Positions 1 through 7,947 of a DNA stretch of 64,000 nucleotides are shown here, one piece after another (positions within the stretch are counted from its first letter, which is position 1; every line of letters starts with the position of its first letter). The DNA comes from Thermoanaerobaculia bacterium (GTDB lineage: Bacteria > Acidobacteriota > Thermoanaerobaculia > Gp7-AA8). The DNA lies in NCBI GenBank assembly GCA_038244715.1, contig JBBRTE010000016.1, forward strand, positions 13,212 through 77,211. The letters run 5' to 3'. The notes beneath the pieces are model-generated. The model was not told the origin of the DNA and made no database searches. It was given only the letters and a program-made list of their open reading frames with translations. The translations under genes were made by a program, and so were the position numbers.

Positions 1-1651
1 CAGTGATCGTGATCGGCGCCGAGGTCGCTGCCGCGGCGAGCAAACCGATGTTGCATGTGACCGGACCCGTACCGGCGCATCCCGTCTGCGACACGAATGT
101 GGCGCCGGACGGGATTGCGTCCGTGACGATGACGTTATTGACGGTCGCTCCCGTGAAGTTCGTAACCTTGAGTGTGTACGTGACCGTGTCGCCGAGCTTG
201 ATGACATCGGTGGAGGCGGTCTTCGTGATGCCAACAGAGACTTCCTTGAGTGGGACGGCAACCATTGCCCATCTCTGTGCGCCCGCCACCGGCGTCCACG
301 ACATCGTGGTGTTCGGGTAGCCGCGGGATCCGCTGCCTGCGCCGGAGAAGTTCGTGATCGGGGCGGCGGCGTTGGTTACGATCGCATAGCGACTGTCCTG
401 CCGGGCACCTGCGGTCAGCGCCGTGTTGGTGTTGTAACCGATGACGTCCACGACATAGTCGGAGGCCAGGTTCGTAACGGCGACCGACGGCGTTGCCGAG
501 TTCGCACTGTTCGTGACGACGGCTCCGGTAGATACGTTCTGATCCACACCGCTGAACGTTTGCGCACCGGCCACGACGTTCACATTCGCGCCTGCGTTAC
601 TCACCGAGACTGTGATTTGATGGATACCGGCCGCCGGCGCCGCGAGTCCCCACAATTCAGTCCTCACTGCCGTTCCGCTGTCGATGCTGCCCAGCAACGT
701 CATCAGAACATTCGGACCGCCGCCTTCGGTGCCGTACCGGACGCTGTTGACGACCGAAGCACCGGCGCTTTTGTCGATCGACACACCGACGACGAGGTAA
801 CGGTTCGCTGCACTCGTCGTGTTGTGATTCCAGGAGCCGACAACGGGGTTTCCCGCGGATGCGAACGTAGCGCTGCTGGCGGCGTCGAACAGAATCTGCG
901 GCGTCGCTGATACGAGCGGCACAGCGACAGCTGCCCACGCCTGCGCCCCACCACCGGCGGTCCAGGTCATCGTCGTGTTCGCAAAACCGGTCTTGCTGCT
1001 TCCGGCACCCGAGGCAGCCGGGGCGGCGCTTTGAACGTTGAAGCCGGCCTGGTTCGCACCAGGCGCCAACGCGACATTCGCGTTGTAGGCAACGGCATCC
1101 ACAACGTAGTCGAAGGCTGAGTTCGCCAAAACGACCGTAGGCGTCAACGACGTAGCGGTCGCCGCCACTGCGGTTCCAGTGGCGGCAGTCTGAAGGACGT
1201 TCGTGAAGGATCGCGCACCCGCAATGACCGACGTGTTCACGAGCCCGGCATTGGCAACGGTGACCGTGATGAGGTGCGTTCCCGCCGCTGGATTGGCGAG
1301 GCCCCAGATCTCCGCCCGCTCGATCGTTCCGTTGGTCGCCGATCCCAGGAGCGCCATCGCCTGATTGGGTCCGCCCGCCTCGGTGCCATAGACAACACTG
1401 GTGACCGTTTGCGCGCCGCCGTTCTTGTCGATGGCAACGCTCACAGCCACGTAGGGCTTCTTGACGAGACTGACCGTGTGATTCCAGGAGGTCGTGATCG
1501 GATTCGCCGCGGAGGCCGTGGCCGTAGCAGCGTTCGACGCGGCGTCGAACACCACCTGCGCATGGGCACGGGACGACAACGTAAGAACGGCGACGAAGCA
1601 TACGATGGCTCGCACGCTCGTCCTTCTGACGGCGGTAGTAGTAGTCTTCAC
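1..1651 (-). CDS. secreted tandem-repeat protein with C-terminal DUF11/CARDB-like domain; GTG start at 1651, 3' end runs off window
   Basis: Manual minus-strand translation in frame 3k+2 gives a signal peptide VKTTTTAVRRTSVRAIVCFVAVLTLSSRAHA, then two ~230-aa internal repeats (QVVFDAASNA..SWNH..YGTEAGGPN..WGLANPAAGTHLITVTVANAG and QILFDAASSA..SWNH..YGTEGGGPN..WGLAAPAAGIHQITVSVSNAG), then VGITKTASTDVIKLGDTVTYTLKVTNFTGATVNNVIVTDAIP, which is typical of DUF11. AAGGGG sits 7 nt upstream of the GTG. Absent from the ORF track because there is no in-window stop; the listed 657..1733 ORF is an out-of-frame artefact of this gene. Confidence 0.6.
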   Translation of the reverse strand, partial: MKTTTTAVRRTSVRAIVCFVAVLTLSSRAHAQVVFDAASNAATATASAANPITTSWNHTVSLVKKPYVAVSVAIDKNGGAQTVTSVVYGTEAGGPNQAMALLGSATNGTIERAEIWGLANPAAGTHLITVTVANAGLVNTSVIAGARSFTNVLQTAATGTAVAATATSLTPTVVLANSAFDYVVDAVAYNANVALAPGANQAGFNVQSAAPAASGAGSSKTGFANTTMTWTAGGGAQAWAAVAVPLVSATPQILFDAASSATFASAGNPVVGSWNHNTTSAANRYLVVGVSIDKSAGASVVNSVRYGTEGGGPNVLMTLLGSIDSGTAVRTELWGLAAPAAGIHQITVSVSNAGANVNVVAGAQTFSGVDQNVSTGAVVTNSANSATPSVAVTNLASDYVVDVIGYNTNTALTAGARQDSRYAIVTNAAAPITNFSGAGSGSRGYPNTTMSWTPVAGAQRWAMVAVPLKEVSVGITKTASTDVIKLGDTVTYTLKVTNFTGATVNNVIVTDAIPSGATFVSQTGCAGTGPVTCNIGLLAAAATSAPITIT

Positions 1652-1810
1652 AATGTTTCCCCTTGCTGAAGCGACTCTCGGGCGTACAGATGTTATTAGT
1701 TGTGTTGTTCGAAACACGTGCGTGCCCGCGCAAAAATTTCGTCAGGGCCCCCCGAAACGCCGGGGATCGCAGCCCAGGACTGCCTTCTGTTGTCGTTTTT
1801 GGACCGATGG

Positions 1811-2227
1811 CTACCGAAGCATTCCCCGCAACCGCCGGACGAGCACGGCAGCGAGTCGGACGATTGTCGCTGATTTGAGGCCAGATTTACTAATATTTGT
1901 AGTATCGCCCGCCGAAAGTACGCGTCCCAGAATCTCGGACAGGCGGACCGGCGCATCGCAACGGAGAGCGTTGTCTCCCCGCGTGACGATCATCGATCCC
2001 GACCGGCGAACCAACCGGTGTGCGGTCAATCCCCGAGCCGCCTTCGTGAGAACGACGTCTCCGGGGCGCAGCGACGAAGGTTCACAAGGCTCGACCCGAA
2101 TGTAGTCGCCGTCGTGTATCGCCGGATGCATGCTGTCACCCGTGACACGAAAGCGCGCCGCCCGGCGTGAGGCCAGAAGATGCCGGAGTGTCGGCTCGAA
2201 CTCGCTCACGCGGCACTCCGAACGCAA
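1811..2227 (-). CDS. S24 (LexA/UmuD-type) peptidase domain protein, possible leader peptidase
   Basis: VTGDSMHPAIHDGDYIRV...PGDVVL.K....HRLV carries the Ser nucleophile motif GDSM and a downstream Lys of S24 Ser-Lys dyad peptidases. No DNA-binding domain. Overlaps the upstream kinase-like gene by 22 nt. Confidence 0.6.
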   Translation of the reverse strand: MRSECRVSEFEPTLRHLLASRRAARFRVTGDSMHPAIHDGDYIRVEPCEPSSLRPGDVVLTKAARGLTAHRLVRRSGSMIVTRGDNALRCDAPVRLSEILGRVLSAGDTTNISKSGLKSATIVRLAAVLVRRLRGMLR

Positions 2228-3087
2228 TCGATGACGCTGCGATCAGGGAGGAAGCGGAGCGCACGCACGGGGAGGTCCTGGACGATCCGATCCAGACACT
2301 CGAGCGTGAATGCAACGGCAATCGCGTCGTAAAACGGAGGAAAGGTGCAACCGAACAGAGCAGCAGCGGCGCGAGCGGGGGGCAACGTCACCAGTTCGGT
2401 CTGCGTGGCCTGAACGAGAAGATGAATTGCTCCGAGCGGCGCGGAGCGCGGCGAGGAAAGCTCCGCCTCGCCGTGCCAGGGAGTTCCGTACATCCGCCAC
2501 TCGCCCTCCACGAAACGGACGATGACGCGGTCGTCGCTCACGATCTCGTAGTCGCCATCGGCAAGCCAGACGCGCGCGGTGGTCGTCTTTCCTGCCCCGG
2601 ACTGGCCGACGAACAGCTGTCCGCGGCCATCGCGGTCGATGATCCCGCAGCCGTGCAACTCCACTCCCCGGCCGCGGCCGAGGAGATGGGCGACGACCAC
2701 TTCATCCAGCGGATAGTCGAGAGCGTGCATTTCGGGGTTCGCGTCGAATACCTCGCGCCTTACGAGAATCCGTCCCGTTCGGAGCTCGCGATCGAAGAAC
2801 GCCGCTTTGTAGGGCACGTCGCCGAAGAGGTCACTCCAGCAGTCGATGCGGAAGCCTCCGGCGTCGTCGTATGCGCGCCACACCGCGGCCGATTCGAAGA
2901 GCATCCGGCCCGTCGGTGGCAGCGGACCATTCATCGGCTCGACGGTGATGTTCAGGTCGGGTGCGGCCGAGAGCACCGCGAAGCGGCGGACGGTCTCCGA
3001 CAGGGGGCGGCGAAGGGACTCGTCTGTGTATCCGATCCCGATCGCGATCTCAGCGATGCGGATGAACTCGCGCGGGGACACGTTCAT
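2206..3087 (-). CDS. HPr kinase/phosphorylase C-terminal-like P-loop kinase (RiPP tailoring kinase-like)
   Basis: LHGCGIIDRDGRGQLFVGQSGAGKTTTARVWLADGDYEIVSDDRVIV matches the HprK C-terminal P-loop region (GxSGxGKS/T followed by DDR). The ATG lies 17 nt after the stop of the small peptide ORF. Confidence 0.7.
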   Translation of the reverse strand: MNVSPREFIRIAEIAIGIGYTDESLRRPLSETVRRFAVLSAAPDLNITVEPMNGPLPPTGRMLFESAAVWRAYDDAGGFRIDCWSDLFGDVPYKAAFFDRELRTGRILVRREVFDANPEMHALDYPLDEVVVAHLLGRGRGVELHGCGIIDRDGRGQLFVGQSGAGKTTTARVWLADGDYEIVSDDRVIVRFVEGEWRMYGTPWHGEAELSSPRSAPLGAIHLLVQATQTELVTLPPARAAAALFGCTFPPFYDAIAVAFTLECLDRIVQDLPVRALRFLPDRSVIDCVRSAA

Positions 3088-3103
3088 TCAGGAGAAGAAT
3101 GCC

Positions 3104-3274
3104 TCACGACCCTGGGACGCTGCAGCGGGAGCTGCCGCGACAACCGAGACTGGAGGGACCCGACGCTGCGTTCGTCTTGCAAAAGCCGAGGACTGCTTCA
3201 TCCGGGCGAAGCGGAAAGCGCTTCGCTTCCGGCTTCTCGTACTGCTTTCGGTTGCTGCTCTCCTGCTTCTCCAT
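3104..3274 (-). CDS. candidate RiPP precursor peptide, 56 aa (MEKQESSNRKQYEKPEAKRFPLRPDEAVLGFCKTNAASGPSSLGCRGSSRCSVPGS)
   Basis: ATG at 3274 is preceded by AAGGGGAG, overlapping the rSAM TAA stop. The leader-like N-terminus is hydrophilic and K/E-rich; the C-terminal region has 3 Cys and a terminal Ser. The ORF exactly fills the gap between the rSAM stop (3285) and the kinase start (3087). Confidence 0.45.
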   Translation of the reverse strand: MEKQESSNRKQYEKPEAKRFPLRPDEAVLGFCKTNAASGPSSLGCRGSSRCSVPGS

Positions 3275-3284
3275 CGTTCTCCCC

Positions 3285-4565
3285 TTACCGAGCGACCGCG
3301 CTCGAGACCGAACAACTCCCACAACCACCCGTCCCGCATCCAGTCGCAGCGGGGTGAGCGGGTTCGTACGGAATAGCCGCGATCCGTTCTGCCTCACCAG
3401 ACTTCAGCGCTTCGGCGGCAACGCGTACGAGTTCGTGTAGTGAACCACCGACGCAGTACTCGCACTCGCCATGAACGCGCACCGGAATGTCGAGCGTCTC
3501 CGCCCGCAGATGCGCGACCTGACAGAGAAAGTCGACTGGCGCCTCAGCGTCGCCGTTCTCCAGCTCCCCGTTCGCGGCGCACATGCCACACATCGACTTG
3601 AGTCCGCACTCGTTGCACTTCGTGGGCCGGGTGATCGCGCGCTTCCGCACGTTGAGCAGGTACTCCTCCCAGCCTTCGCGGAAGTTGCCATCGCGGACGT
3701 TGTATTTGTCGACGTGGGAAAGCACGCAGATGGAGAGGTCACCGTACGGATCGATCGCGAACGAGTTGATCCCGCCGCCGCACTCGTAGACCTGCCGCTC
3801 CTCACCCTCGGCCAGCGTTGGCGATCCATGATCGCGGGCGAGTCGGCGCCATTCGGAAACCCGCTCCAGATTGTCGAGGTCGAGCTCGACGATCTCGGAC
3901 GGACGCAACCGCACCGCCAGCGGACTGGCCGAACAATCGATGCGCGGGTTGATCATCGCGTCAAAGGTGAATTCGACGCCGCGATCGGCCGCCATCTGCC
4001 GCATCAGCGGAATCTCGTGCTTGTTGATCGAGAGCGCCACCGTCTTCAGCTTCAGCGGCAGATTGCGCTCGAGCAGCAGGTCGATGCCGCGCAGACAGCG
4101 GTCGTAGGAGCCCGGGATGCCCGTCAGCGCTTCGTACGTTTCCCTCGTCCCGCCATAGAGCGTGATCTCGATCGTGAACGGCCGCAGGTCGGCGAGGAAG
4201 TCGGCGATCTTCTCCGTGATCAACGTCCCGTTTGTAAAGAGTGTGATCAGGAAGCCCTTCTGCTTCGCGTAGGCATAGATGTCGAGGAAGTCACGGCGCG
4301 CGAAGATCTCGCCGCCGGAGAACAGCAGCCAGAGACATCCGAGATCCGCCAGCTCGTCCAGCAGCCGCTTGTGCTCGTCCAGAGTCAGCTCGCGCGCACG
4401 GGCCACGAAGTCGCTCATCGGCAGGTTGTTGTAGCAGTGCTTGCACTCCAGCGGGCAGCGGTTCGTCACTTCGATGGTGCCGTTGACCGGAATCCGCCGC
4501 GGCTCAGCCCGGCCGTGAACCAGGATGCTGAAGTCGGTATAACTTCCCGTTTCGATCGCGCTCAT
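3285..4565 (-). CDS. radical SAM / SPASM-domain peptide-modifying maturase
   Basis: CPLECKHCY (CxxxCxxC) near the N-terminus. SPASM-type auxiliary cluster cysteines at CGGGINSFAIDPYGDLSIC and CNECGLKSMCGMC. Extra Cys-rich tail CEYCVGG...GCGTGGCGSCS. Start overlaps the PqqD-like stop by 4 nt. Confidence 0.85.
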   Translation of the reverse strand: MSAIETGSYTDFSILVHGRAEPRRIPVNGTIEVTNRCPLECKHCYNNLPMSDFVARARELTLDEHKRLLDELADLGCLWLLFSGGEIFARRDFLDIYAYAKQKGFLITLFTNGTLITEKIADFLADLRPFTIEITLYGGTRETYEALTGIPGSYDRCLRGIDLLLERNLPLKLKTVALSINKHEIPLMRQMAADRGVEFTFDAMINPRIDCSASPLAVRLRPSEIVELDLDNLERVSEWRRLARDHGSPTLAEGEERQVYECGGGINSFAIDPYGDLSICVLSHVDKYNVRDGNFREGWEEYLLNVRKRAITRPTKCNECGLKSMCGMCAANGELENGDAEAPVDFLCQVAHLRAETLDIPVRVHGECEYCVGGSLHELVRVAAEALKSGEAERIAAIPYEPAHPAATGCGTGGCGSCSVSSAVAR

Positions 4566-4864
4566 TTGGTCTTCTCGACTCCGTGCTCAACCAGATCCGC
4601 CGACGTCAGCGAGGTGAGCAGCTCCTCGAGATCAGCCCTTGCGACGTCGGCTTGGACATCGTACTCGCTACAGATGACTGTGATGATGGAATCGACGTCC
4701 CGAACGCCGTCGAACAGCTGCCAGATCCTGGCCGCCACCGCGGTGAGCACGAACACGGAGTCGAGCTCCCCGACGTGATTCCGGATGGGCACGAGGATGC
4801 TCTCGCCCCCTACCTGCCGCAGAGCAAACTCCCCACGGTGCGCAAACACTCGGCTGTCCGTCAT
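4562..4864 (-). CDS. PqqD-like RiPP recognition element (RRE) protein
   Basis: 100 aa; ILVPIRNHVGELDSVFVLTAVAARIWQLFDG...SIITVICSEYDV..ADLEELLTSL has the typical PqqD family pattern. Translationally coupled to the rSAM gene. Confidence 0.75.
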   Translation of the reverse strand: MTDSRVFAHRGEFALRQVGGESILVPIRNHVGELDSVFVLTAVAARIWQLFDGVRDVDSIITVICSEYDVQADVARADLEELLTSLTSADLVEHGVEKTK

Positions 4865-4960
4865 TCAGTTGTTGGCTTGTGACCCAATCGTTATTGTCAC
4901 ACGCTCAGTGAGAAGCGGCAACCCTGCATCCCGCCTCGTCACTCGCATGATGCGTGTTAT

Positions 4961-6076
4961 TTGACCCGGCGTCTACAATCATTCCAGATGAGCTCGAATC
5001 CATTTCCCATCGCGCCGCCTCCCGCCGAGGGTGAGGAAGCCCTGCCGCCGATCCCGAAACCGCGTCCCTCGCTCGAGGAGATCGCGGCGTGGGCGATCTC
5101 CGCCGCCCTCCTTGTTTATGTGATGCTCTGGCACCTCGTGCCGGCCGTCGTCGCCGGGCTGGTCCTCTATCTTCTTCTCGACCGACTTTCGCGCTCGTTT
5201 TCAAAGCGGATGCCGGGCACAGCCGCCCGCCCGCTGGCGCTGATCCTCGTGACGCTCGTCGGCGGCGGCGTGATCTTCGGCGTGACCGCGCTCATGGTCT
5301 CGTTCCTTCGCCACCACGTCGACAACATCCCCGCCATCATGACGAAGATGGCCGACATCCTTCAGTCGACGCGCGCGTGGCTCGGCGGCTACGGTGAGGA
5401 CCTCATCCCCGAGGTCATGACGGATGCCGAGACGATCAAGGTCGCGCTGGCCGCGTGGCTGAAGGAACATGCCGAGGCGCTGAAGCTCGCCGGGAGTACC
5501 GTCAGCATCGGTCTCGTGCACGTCGTCATGGGCATGCTGTTAGCCGTCATGGTCTTCTTCCGCCACGTGACCCACCATCCGAACCGTGTGCCCGGCACGT
5601 TGAGCGAAGCGCTGGAGGCGAAGGTCGAACGCTTCACGCACTCCTTCGCGCAGATCGCCAGCGCGCAGGTGAAGATCTCGCTGCTGAACACGGCGCTGAC
5701 CGCGCTCTATCTCCTCGTCGCGCTTCCGCTCTTCGGACGCCACATCCCGTTCGCGACGACGATCGTCTTCGTGACGTTCGTCTGCGGCCTCATCCCGGTT
5801 CTCGGCAATCTCATTTCCAACACCGTCATCGTCATCCTCTCTCTCGGCATCTCCCCCGGCACGGCCATCGCGTCGCTGTTCTTTCTCGTGATCGTGCACA
5901 AGCTCGAGTACCTGACGAACTCGCGCATCGTCGGCGGCGAGACCGATTCGCAGGCATGGGAGATCCTGCTGGCAATCCTCATCGGCGAGACTGCGTTCGG
6001 CGTCAGCGGCGTGGTGATGGCACCGATCATCTACGCGTTCATCAAGCGCGAGTTGCGCGACCACGGCCTTGTTTAG
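4961..6076 (+). CDS. AI-2E family transporter (PerM/TqsA-like); start is TTG 4961 or more likely ATG 4988
   Basis: Multi-TM protein with the characteristic AI-2E C-terminal region (GLIPVLGNLISN..., GETAFGVSGVVMAPI). Divergent from the RiPP-like operon. Confidence 0.8.
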   Translation: MTRRLQSFQMSSNPFPIAPPPAEGEEALPPIPKPRPSLEEIAAWAISAALLVYVMLWHLVPAVVAGLVLYLLLDRLSRSFSKRMPGTAARPLALILVTLVGGGVIFGVTALMVSFLRHHVDNIPAIMTKMADILQSTRAWLGGYGEDLIPEVMTDAETIKVALAAWLKEHAEALKLAGSTVSIGLVHVVMGMLLAVMVFFRHVTHHPNRVPGTLSEALEAKVERFTHSFAQIASAQVKISLLNTALTALYLLVALPLFGRHIPFATTIVFVTFVCGLIPVLGNLISNTVIVILSLGISPGTAIASLFFLVIVHKLEYLTNSRIVGGETDSQAWEILLAILIGETAFGVSGVVMAPIIYAFIKRELRDHGLV

Positions 6077-6082
6077 CGGCGA

Positions 6083-6892
6083 TTAGCGAGCGCTCTCGCG
6101 AACGATCCGGAAGCCGATGCTGAAACCGCGCAGGCGCGGCTCGTGCGTGTAGCGCAACGCGCTCCGCGCACTGTCCGCACCGAAGTACCAGCTCCCGCCC
6201 CGGATCACCCGATACGGACTCCCACACGCCTGCCGAGGATCCGTGACTGTCCTCGCGGCGTACGGACAATACTCATCCGCGCACCACTCCCAGACGTTGC
6301 CGTGCATGTCGTACAACCCCCAGGCATTGGGAGGAAACGACGCCACCGGCGTCGTCGTCCCGCGAAACGCATCGCCCGCGGCTGCCTGTCCCGCAACCCG
6401 TGCGTCGAAGTTCGCATCCGCCGGCAATAGGTGATCCCCGCGGTCATACGCCGTCGCCGAACCCGCCCTGCACGCATACTCCCACTCCGCCTCGGTCGGC
6501 AGCCGGTAACGAGGACCGCGCGACGCATTCAGCCGCCGCAGAAACTCCTGCACCTCAAACCACGTGACACTCTCGACGGGCAGCCGCGGGCCAGGAAAAT
6601 GACTCGGACGATTCCCAATCACCCGTGCCCACTCTTCCTGCGTCACCTCGGTCGCCGACAGGTAAAACGGCCGCGTGAGAATGACGTGATGCCGCGTCTC
6701 ATCCGCCCGATGTCCCGCCTCCCCGCCCGGTGATCCCATCTCGAATGCGCCCGCCGGAATGAGCACCAGCCGCACGCCGCTGCGCGGCTCGACGATCGCT
6801 TTCTCCACCCTGCGGCACGACGCGATCAGCAGAAACGCGAACGCGATCACGCCGAACGATCGACCGGTCAACCGCGCCATACGCCCGATCAT
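6083..6892 (-). CDS. formylglycine-generating enzyme (FGE)/sulfatase-modifying factor domain protein, signal/lipoprotein N-terminus
   Basis: LPTEAEWEYACRAG, HGNVWEWC and RVIRGGSW are motifs of the FGE-sulfatase (SUMF1) domain. Confidence 0.8.
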   Translation of the reverse strand: MIGRMARLTGRSFGVIAFAFLLIASCRRVEKAIVEPRSGVRLVLIPAGAFEMGSPGGEAGHRADETRHHVILTRPFYLSATEVTQEEWARVIGNRPSHFPGPRLPVESVTWFEVQEFLRRLNASRGPRYRLPTEAEWEYACRAGSATAYDRGDHLLPADANFDARVAGQAAAGDAFRGTTTPVASFPPNAWGLYDMHGNVWEWCADEYCPYAARTVTDPRQACGSPYRVIRGGSWYFGADSARSALRYTHEPRLRGFSIGFRIVRESAR

Positions 6893-6986
6893 ACGTGTTG
6901 ACCTGCATCACAGCGGAGCACCCCTGGATGACATATCTTCCGCAGTGTTCTCTCCCACCCAACAATTCAACCGGAGGTTATTGAGC

Positions 6987-7850
6987 ATGTATCGATTTCG
7001 CTCGTCCCTTGCCCTCGTGATCCTGATGGCGTCCGTTCCGCTGCTGGCCGATGGCGGAAAGGCCGATGGTTCTCTCACCGCGAACGGGAAGAAATTCGCG
7101 CTCACCCATGCCTACGCACGGAGGCACAAGAGCCCGTTCGACAAGACCAAGACCGTGGTGGAAGTGATCATCATCGACAAGGAGATCTCGGCCGAGGCAC
7201 AGTCGGATGAGTTCGAGTTCATGCGGGCGCAGGACAAACAGGAGCTGAGCGGTTTCACCGCCACCATCGACGACGACAAGGCCATCATCAGCGCCACCGT
7301 CTTCAGCCCTGCGTTCAAGAAGATGCATCAGTTCTCCGCCGTCGGCATGCAGAAGCTCGACCTGAAATCGATCACCGCCGCACGCGTGGCCGGCTCGGTC
7401 TCCATGGCCAAGCCCGACGACTTCTTCGACGAGAAGTACCAGTACAACGCCACGTTCGACGTCCCCATCGCCAAGCCCACCGGACCACCCGCTCCGCCGG
7501 TGTTGAAGGGCACTCCCCTTCCGGCCGGCGGCGGCGAGCCGGGCAAGGCCTACATGGCCTATCTCAAGCTCATGGCCGGCGGCGACATGAAGAAATTCCT
7601 CAACGCGGTGACCGCGGAGCGCGCCAAAGAGGCGTCCTCCGATCCCGATTTCAAGAAACTCTTCCCCCTGATCCAGGCGATGCAGGCAAAGAACATCAAG
7701 GTTACGAGCGGCGCCGTCGATGGCAACGATGCCACCCTCCTCGCCACCGGTAAAGACGGCGACGACGTCTCCAACGGCAAGATCACGATGGCCAAAGAAA
7801 GCGGCCAGTGGAAAGTGGCAAAAGAGGAGTGGAAAACCCAACACGAGTAA
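6987..7850 (+). CDS. secreted hypothetical protein
   Basis: ATG 6987 with GGAGG 9 nt upstream. Signal peptide MYRFRSSLALVILMASVPLLA; lysine-rich soluble domain. The listed ORF start at 6759 overlaps the FGE gene and is unlikely. Confidence 0.6.
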   Translation: MYRFRSSLALVILMASVPLLADGGKADGSLTANGKKFALTHAYARRHKSPFDKTKTVVEVIIIDKEISAEAQSDEFEFMRAQDKQELSGFTATIDDDKAIISATVFSPAFKKMHQFSAVGMQKLDLKSITAARVAGSVSMAKPDDFFDEKYQYNATFDVPIAKPTGPPAPPVLKGTPLPAGGGEPGKAYMAYLKLMAGGDMKKFLNAVTAERAKEASSDPDFKKLFPLIQAMQAKNIKVTSGAVDGNDATLLATGKDGDDVSNGKITMAKESGQWKVAKEEWKTQHE

Positions 7851-7947
7851 CAGCAAGCGTGTGGCGCCGGCGGCCTCGCCGGCGTCTTAACATCCATTCA
7901 AACGGAGCAGTGACCGGCGCGCGGTCACTGCCTCCTGCCTGCGCTCA

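Noticed and set aside
657-1733. 358-aa minus-strand ORF, Arg/Cys/His-rich
   Set aside because: Out-of-frame read of the real tandem-repeat/DUF11 gene on the same strand. Composition is typical of off-frame GC-rich DNA.
3088-3339. 83-aa ORF (and its internal 37-aa version at 3091-3201) as alternative precursor peptide
   Set aside because: No SD, no Cys, R/A-rich low complexity. Overlaps the rSAM 3' end. The other frame at 3104-3274 has a strong RBS and precursor-like features.
3471-4778. 435-aa plus-strand ORF
   Set aside because: Antisense to the rSAM/SPASM gene. R/D/V-rich nonsense composition.
4951-4978. TTGACC...TACAAT as a -35/-10 pair for the AI-2E transporter
   Set aside because: Spacer only ~7 nt. 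At most the TACAAT may be a -10 box for a leaderless transcript starting near ATG 4988. Not reported as a promoter.
4905-4979. 25-aa peptide MIVDAGSNNTHHASDEAGCRVAASH directly upstream of the PqqD-like gene, considered as precursor
   Set aside because: Too short for leader plus core. It is the tail of a spurious 99-aa ORF antisense to the transporter promoter region. No RBS.
7865-7890. CGCCGGC-GGCCTC-GCCGGCG hairpin between convergent genes
   Set aside because: No U-tract on either strand. Cannot be distinguished from chance GC-rich palindromes.
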